This document shows, in pieces, positions 28,101 to 39,400 of a stretch of 64,000 bases of DNA. The stretch lies in assembly GCA_023245335.1 (NCBI GenBank), contig JAHFKK010000001.1, forward strand, positions 17,918 to 81,917. Reading direction: 5' to 3'. The position numbers and the translations under genes are program-made. Below the pieces are notes generated by a model that saw only the letters and a program-made list of their open reading frames with translations, was not told the DNA's origin and ran no database searches. The stretch comes from Candidatus Gottesmanbacteria bacterium. GTDB taxonomy: Bacteria > Patescibacteriota > Microgenomatia > UBA10105 > UBA927. How positions within the stretch are numbered: the first letter of the stretch is position 1; every line of letters starts with the position of its first letter.

Positions 28101-29963
28101 ATGCGACTTCATGCTACGGTAAAGCGTCACATTTTACAGCTAGCCATCCTGTTTGCTCTTTTCTTGCGCATCTCACTTATATTCAACCCCGGATTTGAAG
28201 CGGATGTTTCATTCTGGAAATCATGGGGGCTTGCCACATACGATAAAGGCATTGTTGAAGGGATGAAAATCACCAACAATAACTACCCTACCCCATTTGC
28301 GTATGTCCTGGGCGGCATGGTGTGGATCTACAGCCGTTTTGCCGACCCGCATAGCTTCAACACGTTTTGGAATAGTACGAATGTCCTTTTTCTTGCGGTC
28401 AGTAAAGCATTCCCGATACTCGCTGACTTTGGTATTGCCGCTCTCATTTTATACATCGGTAAAAATACAAAGAAGTTAGGATTTCCAGATATACCGTTTT
28501 CCGTATTTGGTTTGCCTTTCTATGAGCTATTAACTATTTGCTATTTACTGAGTCCATTAAGTCTTATAGACGGGGCGTGGTGGGGCCAGGTTGACTCACT
28601 CGGCGTCTTCGTATTTTTTTGCTCGCTCATCTTCGCTCTCAAGCGTCGGCCGTTCTTTGCCGGACTCTTTTTTGTAGTGGCCATGATGACCAAACTTCAG
28701 AATATGATCTACGGACCGATATTTTTTTTGTTCATCTGGCAGATGGAGGGATACAACGGACTCATTCAGGCGCTTGGGGGGGCGGTCATAGGATTTTTTG
28801 GACTCAACATAGAATTTTTCCTCACCCGCAATATGGATCGGGTGCTTGCAAACCTCACGGAAAATTTTGATTACTTTCCCTGGATGAGCCTCAACGCTTT
28901 CAACCTCTGGTGGATAGTGAGCGGCGGCCACGGCATGCAGGTATCGGATAAGCTTCTTGCTCTTGGGATAGTGAACGCAAAAACAGTGGGATTAATACTA
29001 TTTTCGGGTTTTTATCTTTTCGCCATGATCCAACAGTTTTTTACCGGAAGTACCTCCGTAACCCGTCGGACAACGGTGCAGGGATTTCTTACGAGTCTCA
29101 TACTCGTCAATGCCGCATTTTTTCTATTCCAGACCCAGTCACACGACCGGTATGCATTCCCCCTCTCGGTTTTTCTCCTTCTCTGGGCGCCGTTTTATAT
29201 ATCACAATTCTCGTCACCCGCTACTCAGAACTCGCGCCTCAAACTATTTACTATTTACTATTTACTCTTTACTCTCTTCTATTTTTATAACCTCCACACA
29301 GCGCTCGTCGTCAACTATCCGCTCAATGGTTTACCCATTCTCTCCTCCTTCACCCAACCGGCGTTTACGATGACGACCGCGGTCATACTCCTTGTGCTTT
29401 TTGGGGTATTTATCATGACGGTAATCCGTTCTTCCCGGCGCTCAATGAACTATGCACTGCTCTCGACGGGTGTCGTCGTCGTGGCTCTCATATTTCTCAA
29501 TAAACCGCTTCTGACTAAACAACCGGTCTCCCTGACAAAATTCGTGCCGTATATAAGCGAACAAGCCTATGGAACGCGCCAAACCAATAGGTCTGTCCAA
29601 AGTTCGTTCGGCGGGCCCACCAGCTGGACCAGACTTTCAGACCAGTACGTATTTTATCGCCTCGGCATAGGAACACACGCTAACTCCCGTCATGTCTTTG
29701 ACCTCAATGGACTGTTTAAACGATTTACGACAGATTTCGGTATCGACACGGAGGCCGGCACGAAATCGAGCGCTGTGTTTGAAGTCTATGGCGACGGCAA
29801 GCTCCTGTTCCGATCAGGAGAGGCCATGGGCCGCTTCGACCTACCAAAACACGCCGACGTGAACGTTATCGGCGTCAAATCGCTCACCCTCATCACGACC
29901 GACGCGGGAGACGGCAACTATGACGATCACACCGACTGGTTCAATCCGCAGCTTTGGCCATAA
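28101..29963 (+). CDS. Polytopic membrane protein (GT-C-like) with C-terminal NPCBM carbohydrate-binding module
   Basis: Roughly 400 aa of TM helices, then a ~120-aa NPCBM/NEW2-like domain (GIGTHANSRHVFDLNG...FGIDTEAG...FEVYGDGKLLFRSG...GVKSLTLITTDAGDGNYDDHTDWFNPQL). Confidence 0.6.
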   Translation: MRLHATVKRHILQLAILFALFLRISLIFNPGFEADVSFWKSWGLATYDKGIVEGMKITNNNYPTPFAYVLGGMVWIYSRFADPHSFNTFWNSTNVLFLAVSKAFPILADFGIAALILYIGKNTKKLGFPDIPFSVFGLPFYELLTICYLLSPLSLIDGAWWGQVDSLGVFVFFCSLIFALKRRPFFAGLFFVVAMMTKLQNMIYGPIFFLFIWQMEGYNGLIQALGGAVIGFFGLNIEFFLTRNMDRVLANLTENFDYFPWMSLNAFNLWWIVSGGHGMQVSDKLLALGIVNAKTVGLILFSGFYLFAMIQQFFTGSTSVTRRTTVQGFLTSLILVNAAFFLFQTQSHDRYAFPLSVFLLLWAPFYISQFSSPATQNSRLKLFTIYYLLFTLFYFYNLHTALVVNYPLNGLPILSSFTQPAFTMTTAVILLVLFGVFIMTVIRSSRRSMNYALLSTGVVVVALIFLNKPLLTKQPVSLTKFVPYISEQAYGTRQTNRSVQSSFGGPTSWTRLSDQYVFYRLGIGTHANSRHVFDLNGLFKRFTTDFGIDTEAGTKSSAVFEVYGDGKLLFRSGEAMGRFDLPKHADVNVIGVKSLTLITTDAGDGNYDDHTDWFNPQLWP

Positions 29964-29966
29964 TCT

Positions 29967-32501
29967 ATGAAACAATTGGAGAAATACGCCGGGATATTGA
30001 TGCTTATCTTTGCCGTCGGATGTAATCTCTGGGTCTATCGGGTGGAACCCACAGTCCAGACGGACCCTAATGACAATACGTTTCAGTACGCCCTTGTGGA
30101 CCGTACAAACCAGATATGGGACTACGCAAATACCAATTGTTCAGGCCTTATGAAGCCGTTTTGCATGCTCTCGCTCCTTACCGATCATTGGGTCCCGAAC
30201 TGGGCAGAAGGATATAACCTCCCATATTACTACTCGCATATTCCTCAAGTCGTCATTGTCTCCTCGTACCGTTTGTTTTCTCTCTTGAGTCCTCACGCTT
30301 CTCTCTTTCTTTATTATCACTGGATTACCTATCTCCTGTTGTCTTTTTTCCCGTTGGCTTTGTTTGCGGCATTTACGGTCATAGGCGTATCACCCATTAC
30401 CGCCGGATTTGGGGCCATTGTCGCGACCCAAATTTCGACCGACGGGTTATACGGATTGGATCCTTCATCATTTCTGTGGCGGGGATACGGATTAACCAGT
30501 CAGTTATATGCGATGGTATTTTTTCCCCTGGCTCTCGCCTACATCTCAAAATTATTCCAATCCGAATCGAACGATCGGGAGTACATCATATGGCACTCAC
30601 GCTTCATACTCCCTGACATAAAAACCTTCATACTCGCGACTCTGTTTTTGGCGGCGACGACCGCCGGCCATTTAGGCATCGGCATCATCGCATTTTTAAG
30701 CGCCGGAGTTATAGCAATGAGCCCGACGGTACAATCCGTACTACAAAATACATGGGATAGGGAGGCATGGCGCAGATTCCAATCCGACGTTCTCAAATTA
30801 TGTATATTATTTACCGGCGTCGGACTCCTCCTCGGATACTGGATTCTCCCCATCCTCAAAGACGGCAACTACCATAACACCTCGGTGTGGGATCCCATTT
30901 GGAAATTTGATTCTTATGGATACCGTGAGATACTCAAAAACTTTTTTAACGGTGATTTATTTGATTTCCACCGATTCCCCACGTTAACTATTTTTGTCAT
31001 CATTGGCCTCTTTACCGGCTTCTTGAGCGCGGGGAGGCAAGCATTTTTGAGAACCGTCACGCAGCGTAGCAACAATAAAAAACTTAATGACGGCATGCCT
31101 GACGGAGACGCAAAAAATGTCTTGCCGACCTCAGCGCAATATTTTCCCTTCGCACTTCTTTTTGTCTTCTGGCTCCTTCTCTACTTCGGCACCACGACGT
31201 GGGGCTCTATCCTCTACCTCATTCCCGGCATGCGAGACTTCCATATATCGCGCTTCATCGTCGGGGTCCACATGGCGGGACTCTTCCTCATCCCCATCGG
31301 ATTTCAATGGATTATTACAGCAATGTGGCGAGTCGGAACAAAATTACTGCAGCTCCTTACGCGCCGGCTGACGGGGCTTCCCGAAAAAGTAACGGAGCAA
31401 GAAAATTTTGCTTACGCCGTCGGCCAAGTACTCCTTACGATTATCATCGTCTTTTCCATATATCCCCAAACCATCTCCTATGCCACATATAATGACTTCC
31501 TTATTAAACGCGGGAATACAAATTACCTGAAAGTACAATCTGATACCGAACTGCTTCTCACTACGCTCCGAAAATACGAGGCTCAAAAACCCGGCCGGGT
31601 TTTTGCAGGCCGGGGAGGCTCATGGGGCAAAGACTTCCGGGTTGCAGAAACGCCCTATTTTATGTATCTTTCGACCTATGGCATCCCCACAGTCCTGTGG
31701 CTCCCGGAAACTTGGTCTCCCAACTCTGATATAGAACAGTATTTCAGCGAAAATAAGGCCGCAGACTACAGCCTCTACAACATCCGCTACGTGGTGACCC
31801 CCGCTAACATGTCTCTCGATCTGATCCAACCCTTCTGGAAGCCTCTCACCGCCTCAAAAACGTGGAAACTATACGAGGTGACGACGGAGGGATATATAAC
31901 GACGGGAATCCGGCCGGCAATCGTCTCCACGGCCAAAGATAACTACATAAATGTGGTCCGGTTATGGATCCAGTCCGACTTTCCCAAAAACAGACTCTAT
32001 CCGGAGTTGACCTTTGACAAAAACTATCCCGTGAGCTCCGGCCTTCCCAATTTCCGCATGACCGATGAAGTCACGTACAAAGTGCCGGGCGGCTCACTAC
32101 ACGACCTTTTCGCGGAAAACCCAACGTATATCGCACCAACAGGAGAAAAATTTGTTTCCCCGAGCGTATCCGATCAATCTGACGATCATGACATGCGCTT
32201 TACCGCAACATTCACGGTTCCTCCGAACTGCGTGGAATGTCTTGTCGTCCTGGGCCAAAGCTTCCATCCGTCGTGGCGCGCCGCAGTAGACGGGAAAGCA
32301 ACCGACACATTTGCCGTATTTCCGTTTTTTACGGCAATAGAGGTGACAGAACCGGGAACGCATACTGTCGTGTTTTCATACCAAGCTTCCCCGCTAAAAA
32401 TAGTGCTTCTCGCGGTTTCGATTCTAAGCTTGGGTGGAATTGTGTGGTGGATGCGACCAAAAAAAATGCACAATGATCCGCACAAAAGGCAACATGAATG
32501 A
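29967..32501 (+). CDS. YfhO-family large polytopic membrane protein (second paralog)
   Basis: N-terminal PNDNTFQYALVDRTNQIW and C-terminal HPSWRAAVDGKATD...PGTHTVVFSYQASPLKIVLLAVSILSL align with the YfhO-like protein at 18942..21071. 844 aa. Confidence 0.55.
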   Translation: MKQLEKYAGILMLIFAVGCNLWVYRVEPTVQTDPNDNTFQYALVDRTNQIWDYANTNCSGLMKPFCMLSLLTDHWVPNWAEGYNLPYYYSHIPQVVIVSSYRLFSLLSPHASLFLYYHWITYLLLSFFPLALFAAFTVIGVSPITAGFGAIVATQISTDGLYGLDPSSFLWRGYGLTSQLYAMVFFPLALAYISKLFQSESNDREYIIWHSRFILPDIKTFILATLFLAATTAGHLGIGIIAFLSAGVIAMSPTVQSVLQNTWDREAWRRFQSDVLKLCILFTGVGLLLGYWILPILKDGNYHNTSVWDPIWKFDSYGYREILKNFFNGDLFDFHRFPTLTIFVIIGLFTGFLSAGRQAFLRTVTQRSNNKKLNDGMPDGDAKNVLPTSAQYFPFALLFVFWLLLYFGTTTWGSILYLIPGMRDFHISRFIVGVHMAGLFLIPIGFQWIITAMWRVGTKLLQLLTRRLTGLPEKVTEQENFAYAVGQVLLTIIIVFSIYPQTISYATYNDFLIKRGNTNYLKVQSDTELLLTTLRKYEAQKPGRVFAGRGGSWGKDFRVAETPYFMYLSTYGIPTVLWLPETWSPNSDIEQYFSENKAADYSLYNIRYVVTPANMSLDLIQPFWKPLTASKTWKLYEVTTEGYITTGIRPAIVSTAKDNYINVVRLWIQSDFPKNRLYPELTFDKNYPVSSGLPNFRMTDEVTYKVPGGSLHDLFAENPTYIAPTGEKFVSPSVSDQSDDHDMRFTATFTVPPNCVECLVVLGQSFHPSWRAAVDGKATDTFAVFPFFTAIEVTEPGTHTVVFSYQASPLKIVLLAVSILSLGGIVWWMRPKKMHNDPHKRQHE

Positions 32502-33417
32502 CCGACGGCTTATACTTATCGTTTTCCTGGGCATCGGCATAGGAAGCTTGGTACTCGCGGCCGTCGGACTCAAACCCTACCCGTCCCGGGCGGACGTGGT
32601 TATTTTTTCCCCGCATCCGGATGATTCTGTCTTATGCTGCGCTGGGGTTATAGAGCGGTCTCTAGCGGAGCATAAACGCGTATTGGTCGTCAACATAACA
32701 AACGGAGATGCGTATCCGCTTGCCGCTTCGCGGTTATTTGCAAAGCCGGAAAAACAGCTCACGCCCAAAGATATGATACGGTTGGCTATCGTACGTCAAA
32801 AAGAAGATATAAACGCTCTAAATACTCTTGGTTTAGACACTCAAAACATCATCTATTTAGCCTATCCGGATGGTGGGCTACCCGTTCTTTACCAGAGAGA
32901 TACGAAACCATATGTGAATCTATACACGCAAAAGTATGCAACGTATCGCGCAGCAATACGTGATTATCACTCCTCCATAAGTCCCATTCCCGCTGTATAT
33001 ACGAAGCCGTACGCCGTCGCCGACATATCCGAAATTATTCGACGGGCCAAACCCACGGAAATCTACACGACCGGAGACCACGACACCGCACCCGATCACG
33101 CCGTCGTCTACTTGCTGGTACGCGATGCAATAGCCCAAGTCGGATATACCGGAAAACTATTTACCACGGTCATCCACGCACCGAGTTGGCCGTCTCCGGA
33201 TGCTATCACACCCCGACAAGCCTTCCTGCCGATTGACATAGCCTATGGCTTATGGCAATCTACCGGCCTCCCCTGGCCACCGCCGGTACGCATCCCGATG
33301 ACAACCCAACAAGCGGAGAAAAAACGTATCGCGCTTTCGAAGTACCGCACGCAACTCATCCCCGGAGAACTTCCCCTCTCCTCTTTTGTGAAAAACGAAG
33401 AAATTTTTTGGCCTTAA
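32494..33417 (+). CDS. PIG-L/LmbE-family N-acetylglucosaminyl deacetylase with N-terminal membrane anchor
   Basis: VVIFSPHPDDSVLCCAGVI...VVNITNGD motif of the LmbE/PIG-L family. The ATGAATGA junction with the upstream gene suggests the start at 32494; the longer ORF begins at 32434. Confidence 0.75.
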   Translation: MNDRRLILIVFLGIGIGSLVLAAVGLKPYPSRADVVIFSPHPDDSVLCCAGVIERSLAEHKRVLVVNITNGDAYPLAASRLFAKPEKQLTPKDMIRLAIVRQKEDINALNTLGLDTQNIIYLAYPDGGLPVLYQRDTKPYVNLYTQKYATYRAAIRDYHSSISPIPAVYTKPYAVADISEIIRRAKPTEIYTTGDHDTAPDHAVVYLLVRDAIAQVGYTGKLFTTVIHAPSWPSPDAITPRQAFLPIDIAYGLWQSTGLPWPPPVRIPMTTQQAEKKRIALSKYRTQLIPGELPLSSFVKNEEIFWP

Positions 33418-33453
33418 CAGTTCATCATTCCCGTATCTTCTGAAAAAAACGAG

Positions 33454-36400
33454 TCATTTCTTTATCAACCAACCGCGGGCTTCGGCGAAACGATAGATCG
33501 GGAGTGCAATATAAGGAACAACCATGCCGATAGCGAACGCGGTGAAATCCTTAAAATCAAAAATATTTGTAGGTCTTAAGCGATAAAAAACGTATAGTTT
33601 TGCAGCAATAAACGCTGCAGTCGTAAATGGAATAAGGGCTAGTAGCTGTATAAGGCGCCTTTTGTTCAAATTAGGGTATAAGGCATCGACAGAAAGCTGG
33701 AAGAAGCCACCAAGCGCTATACCAGTCCCCAACCATCCAAGATTTTGCCTTAAAAAGGAAAAATTAAGATGTGCTAACACGGGAGCAAGATTCGCAATCT
33801 GTTGTGTAACGTTCTTATATATAGCGCTGGGTATACTCTCTATTGTTTCCCCGAGTTTATAGAACGCATCTCCCACAATAAGTGAGCTAACCGAAAGATC
33901 TGCTATGTCTTTTATCAACGATTTTGGTTTTGTATTTGAATTATTCTTAAGAAGTTCGTTAATGCGGGCTGTCAGCATGGGGCGGAGCTGGTCGGCGGTC
34001 ATGTTCGGGCTGTTTTCGAGGAGCGCCTGGTAGGCTTGGGTCTTTTCTACCGCTGCCACGAGCTGATCGACAGTAACCGGCTTCCCCTCTTGCTTTGCCG
34101 CAATCTGCTGTAGAGTTTGGATCGTATCTGCGGTCACAATGGCTTGGATTTGGGAATTAAGCTGCCCGTTCTGACCAGTAATTGACTGACTGTTATTCTC
34201 TCCAGGCCGCGTTAAAAACGCTACCCACTCCTGTGCGGTACCATGGGCTAGTAACGTTTGGTAACGTGGATCTGTACGCGGGGTTTTATACAGTCTATCT
34301 AAATCTAACTTATTCAATACGTTCCGTATCGCCTGCAATCCTACCTGCAAGTTTTCTCCCGATGGTGTATCCGCTGCGTTATGATAAATGAGTAAAAATA
34401 TCGTCGCGCCCTCCGAGTAATGATTCTGTTTGTCTATAAACAAACCGAATCGTTCAAAACGGATATTTTGAAACTCGTGAATATCTTCATCATTTAAGCC
34501 AAGTATCTGCGGCTGTCTTTGTGCCACTTCTGCGAAAAGCTGTTCCATCAGAACCGAAAACCCTTCACTAATCGCATCACTAACCTGTGATCCCACACCG
34601 CTTCCTCGCACACCTTTATCTGGACTTACAATCTGTTCAAAAATCGCGTGACCCAACTCGTGAATCATTGTTTCTACATCAAACACCTTCCTCTTTACCT
34701 TTTGGTGAGTCGAGGATTCCGTATATTCGTTCAGCGCAGCTAACCCGACATGTTCAAACGGCGTCGCTGAAATAATATCAATTTCGTGATTCGCATAGGA
34801 AGCATTCGGATCCTGGATTCCCCCTTCGTGAGGTATTTCCAATAAATCTCCGGGCTCATACTCATTAATCTTGATCACTTTCGGATCTATATATACTTCA
34901 GGAAAGAACCGCTGGTATGCAGTATTAGCAATTTTATACATTCCCACGACATACTGTGCCTTTGCATAGCGCCGAGCCGCATTCCAAACCGTCGTGAGGA
35001 TATAAGTCGGATCATTAAGTGGGTTACTGAGAGCCCATGTCGATTTCCCGAAGAAGACGCGGAATGTAATCCGCGCGAGATTGTTATAGACGTAAAAAAA
35101 TTGATCATATCGATCCAGGGAGGTATTCGTCATTCCAGTATCAAAAAAATTTCTCAAATACGCCGTTAAAGCTGCAATCTGCCCCGCGTCAAGCGTTCCT
35201 TTTGCAGCTGTTATCGCATGGTCGATAAATTCCGGAATCTCTGGCGGCATTTTCGCCTGATGCTGAATCCTCCACTCAAGAGGCTGACGCAAAAAATCTA
35301 TTATTTGGTCATTCATCATGAGCACAAATAATTCTGATCTCAGGGCCGATGATGAATATAATAAATGAACTACTGTATCTCTCGAGAGAGTGTTGGAAAA
35401 ATCAAATTGTCCCATTTCGAAGGCGATGGGTAATAATTCCGGATCCACGGAATGGTCCATAATGGACCACAACCGCTGCAAATCCTCTTGTGATACCTTG
35501 GGGAACATTTGGCGGAAAGCATTTTCATCAAGCAGATTTTCATTTGTATATTGCGCAATATGTAGTAAGCCCCCGTCTGAATATATTTGTGTGAAGATCT
35601 GTTTCATACGCGTGACTGAGGATATTAGATTATTCGGTAATGGCGTTGTAATTTGATTTTGCATTGAGTTATCACGATTATCGGCATTTACTGACTTAAT
35701 ATCGGATTGTAATGTCTCATCATTATTCACAATATTTCCGATTACGTGTCCACTCAAGCCCAGTTGAATTGTTTCATCTCGAGTTATATGCGGTATTATG
35801 GTTATTTGTGGACCGCTTCCCCGCTCACTCGGACCGCCGAAGTGGATAGCATTCCGGATCCTCTGCATCATCTCTCCCTCCCCCTGCCACAAATTCCTCC
35901 CCCGCCCGATCACCAAGCTGCTTGCCTTTTGCGTATAATGCCAAACCCACACGACTGAGCCGACACCGGTGGACATCAGGGACTTGAGAAACGTGCGGCC
36001 GACAAACGAACAGCCGCCGCCCAAATTTGCACCGTTTGAGGCAGCATATACGCGAGAGACTAATAGGTTGTATGTATAGCACTGATCATTATTTAACGTC
36101 TCTTTCATCGCCTCATACGCTGCTTTAAGGTCCTTCCCGGTTCGAATAGCGGAAGGAATAGCCTTCTCCAAAAATTTTGCCTGTGCGGCTACCTGTGCTT
36201 GGGCTTCCGGCTGTGCCGAAAGGATGGCGGCCTGACGGATTTTCTGATATCGTATTTCCGCGTTCATTGCGGCAAAAAGAGGGAGAAGAATGGCGTTTTG
36301 CGCCTCCGTAGACCGACGCAGGTAATTGGTGTTTGTGAATAATATTCCGAATTCACGGCTTGATAAAACCGCGTCAAATATTTCATCATTTGTATGTATC

Positions 36401-39400
36401 CGAATATCTTTTGTACTAGGTGAAATTGTTATACCCTCAACCGCCTTGGATATCACCGGCTCGAGTCGGTTATAGGCATCCCAAAGTACATAGTAACCCG
36501 AAAGATTCTTATTCTTGGAAAACGACGATTTTTGAGCATCAATACTATACTTACCCGACTCGACTGACGGACTCGTGGCAAATTGATTTTTCCGAAGCCT
36601 GCGCACCGTCCTTTTCCCATCTGCCAGCGTCACGTCATACAGAATAAGGGAGCCCTCGTTATATGGCTCGATCGCAGTCACGATCCCCGGCACCATTGTC
36701 CCATTCCCTTGCCCGACAAGGACAACGTCTTCAATTGCAATGCCCTCCGGCGTCGGAAGGTTTCGTTTCGTTATTGACCAAAGCCCGCGAATCGGTGCCG
36801 TTATGACTCCAATAAATCCCTTATTCGATTTATTGAGAATAGAATCGACACCCACCACTGCCTGACCAGTAAGGTAATCTTTCATCCATTTCCAATTCCA
36901 CTCCCACGCAATCGGTTTTTTCCACGTCCATGGCTTCCAACCGCCGGCAGTAAAGCGCTGCCAGTCTGTTTCGTAGAGAGGAAGCGTAACGCGGGCAATC
37001 TGTCGGGGGAATAGAAGCGGTGTCAATAACCTGGAACCAATCCATCCATATACGTTATGTATCGGTGTTGCGTTACGGATAAAATCCGGTAAACTGCGAT
37101 ACGTAAAATCCGCAGCGTCTAATACGTCAAATACCATCTGACCCACCTTCGCCTCATCCATCTTCCAGAAGGGAGATACCAGCTCGCCGCCTGACCGGAT
37201 GATGGAAACTACACCGTTTGCCACAAGTTCTCGGAACGATGTCGTCAATTGATCACTGAAAGTCTGAATGCTTGTATTTATATCGTCTCTGCGAGCGGCA
37301 ACCCACTGTGGAATTAGTCTCCACCAAACAGTATTCGTGGCTGGTACACTGGGACGGACAAACAATCGCAAATTTTCCTCCGCAGTTATGCTATATGTAT
37401 TCGTATCCGGCCTAGTAGACGCGTTCATCTGCTGGAATAGAGCTTGTGTCGGCAGCGGCTGAGGCCGAAGCTCCTCTTTCATTACACTAGGTTGATTAGA
37501 GTTTAGAATTCCTAAACGGGTTAACATATTTCTCACTGCGTTCCCTAGTCTTTGCCATAGTTGAGTAAGTAATGTCGAATTAGTTGTAGGCGAAGCCCTT
37601 ACGGACTGTTCTACTGGAAACACATATACTTTGGCAGCAGAATTGTACTGTCTGACGGTATCTGTTGCTTCGATATTCGGGCCATACACTAACCGTGCGC
37701 CATTTTGTAAAGTCGTCTGGATAAAGTTAGATCCGTGCAGATATCCCCAAAGTTGCGCGGAAAACGATGCCGAAAATTTCTTGAGTTGTGGGGCGTTGGT
37801 TGGTGATATTTTGGCATAGACACGCGGCGCTTCCAAAAGAAATCTCCTGGATGCCATCACGAACGCACGCGCTGTCTCCTGATCCGGTTGTCCTGATTGC
37901 GGGAGCGTCGCTATAACCCGAAGCAGTTCTAACCCGGCATCGGTATAGAGCTGCTTATATTCTTCATCGGTAGTTAAGCTTGACCGCAATGACGCAAATA
38001 TTCCCTGAAAATTTCGTATCGAAAGATCTAGCTGTAATATTTGCAGCCTGAGCGCTTTCCATAACTCATCATTCGTCGCGTGTTGTGTAACTGTTCCCCT
38101 CTGTTCTTTCTCAAATTCGATAGCCGGAATCCCCTCTGAGGCAAGCTGAAAAAATGGAAACAGGAAGTTCACCTGCTGGAGCGTTTCATAATGACTCGCT
38201 ACATTCGAATTTTTGGCGAATATATTCCAAAGCAGTCGTATTTTTTGTTGATCGGGAGGGATGCTTAAAAAATCCATATACATGGCTTTTGATACGAGAA
38301 CGGCTTCCACATCCTGATCACTAAACAATTCAGAGTGCCCGCCATATGTTTTTGTTTTATATTCATCATTGGCAAACATATCCGTAATCTCCGCATAAAG
38401 CTTTTGTGCCGTATCGCTCAGCTTCAGATTGGCCCGAAGGGGGTGAACACTATCAACGATGAGGAAAATATCGGTGTCATTTGGTATGGGTCCGGTCACC
38501 GTGCTGCCGTATACCACTTCTCTGGGGTTGGTAATAGCACCTGCTATCTCTAACTCCCGTACTGCGCCATGAAGCGAAGCTAACTTTTGCTGAAGTACTC
38601 GTGGTTGATTTGCAAATAGCCTGATGTCTGTCGTTCCCTGCCGTAAATTTCCCGCCCTGCCCGTAACTACCTGCACCGCCTCCCCAGCCTGCTGCCATAG
38701 ATTCAGGACCAATCCCACAGGTTTCTGCCCATAGTGCCATACCCAAACTATCGAACCAATGCCGGTAGACATAATGGATTTAAGGAACGCGCGGCCGGCA
38801 AACGAACATCCACCATCTGGGTTTACCCCGCTTCCAGCTGCGTAAACGTGCGGCACCAATGAGTTATAGGCATAACACTGATCATTTGCTATAACAGTGA
38901 GAAGTAAATCAGGGAGATTTTGCTTCGGCGTGACCGCCGCGCGATCAGCTTGAATCGTATTGATGGTAAGTCTGGAAGAGCTTGCCGGGTTAAACGGAGG
39001 ACGGGATTTGAGTATCAACGCCTCCGGACCGTTTGTTTTGAGATACGTAGCCAAATCGGTAAGATACGTATTCCCACCTTGTGTTAGCGCGATTGAGGTA
39101 TCGTCTTTTATAATCCAATTAGACGTGGGATCATCCGACTTGGCTTGCTCTCGTGAAAATCCGTTCACTGCAATCCAATCCCCCGCCTGCTTCAGTGTAG
39201 GTGCGCCCTGCCCCGTTGATTTATATAGCAAGATTCTATTCCCTGTTGGAAGTTCTAATTCCAAAAAATCTCTATCTGACACTAGCTGTCTATCTAATAC
39301 TGCAACGTTCGCGGGATAAAACGGTACCCCGTTCAACCCGTTATTTCCGGTCACTTTTTGTTGAAGATTCGCGAGTACCTCTGTGGCAACCTGATCCGAC

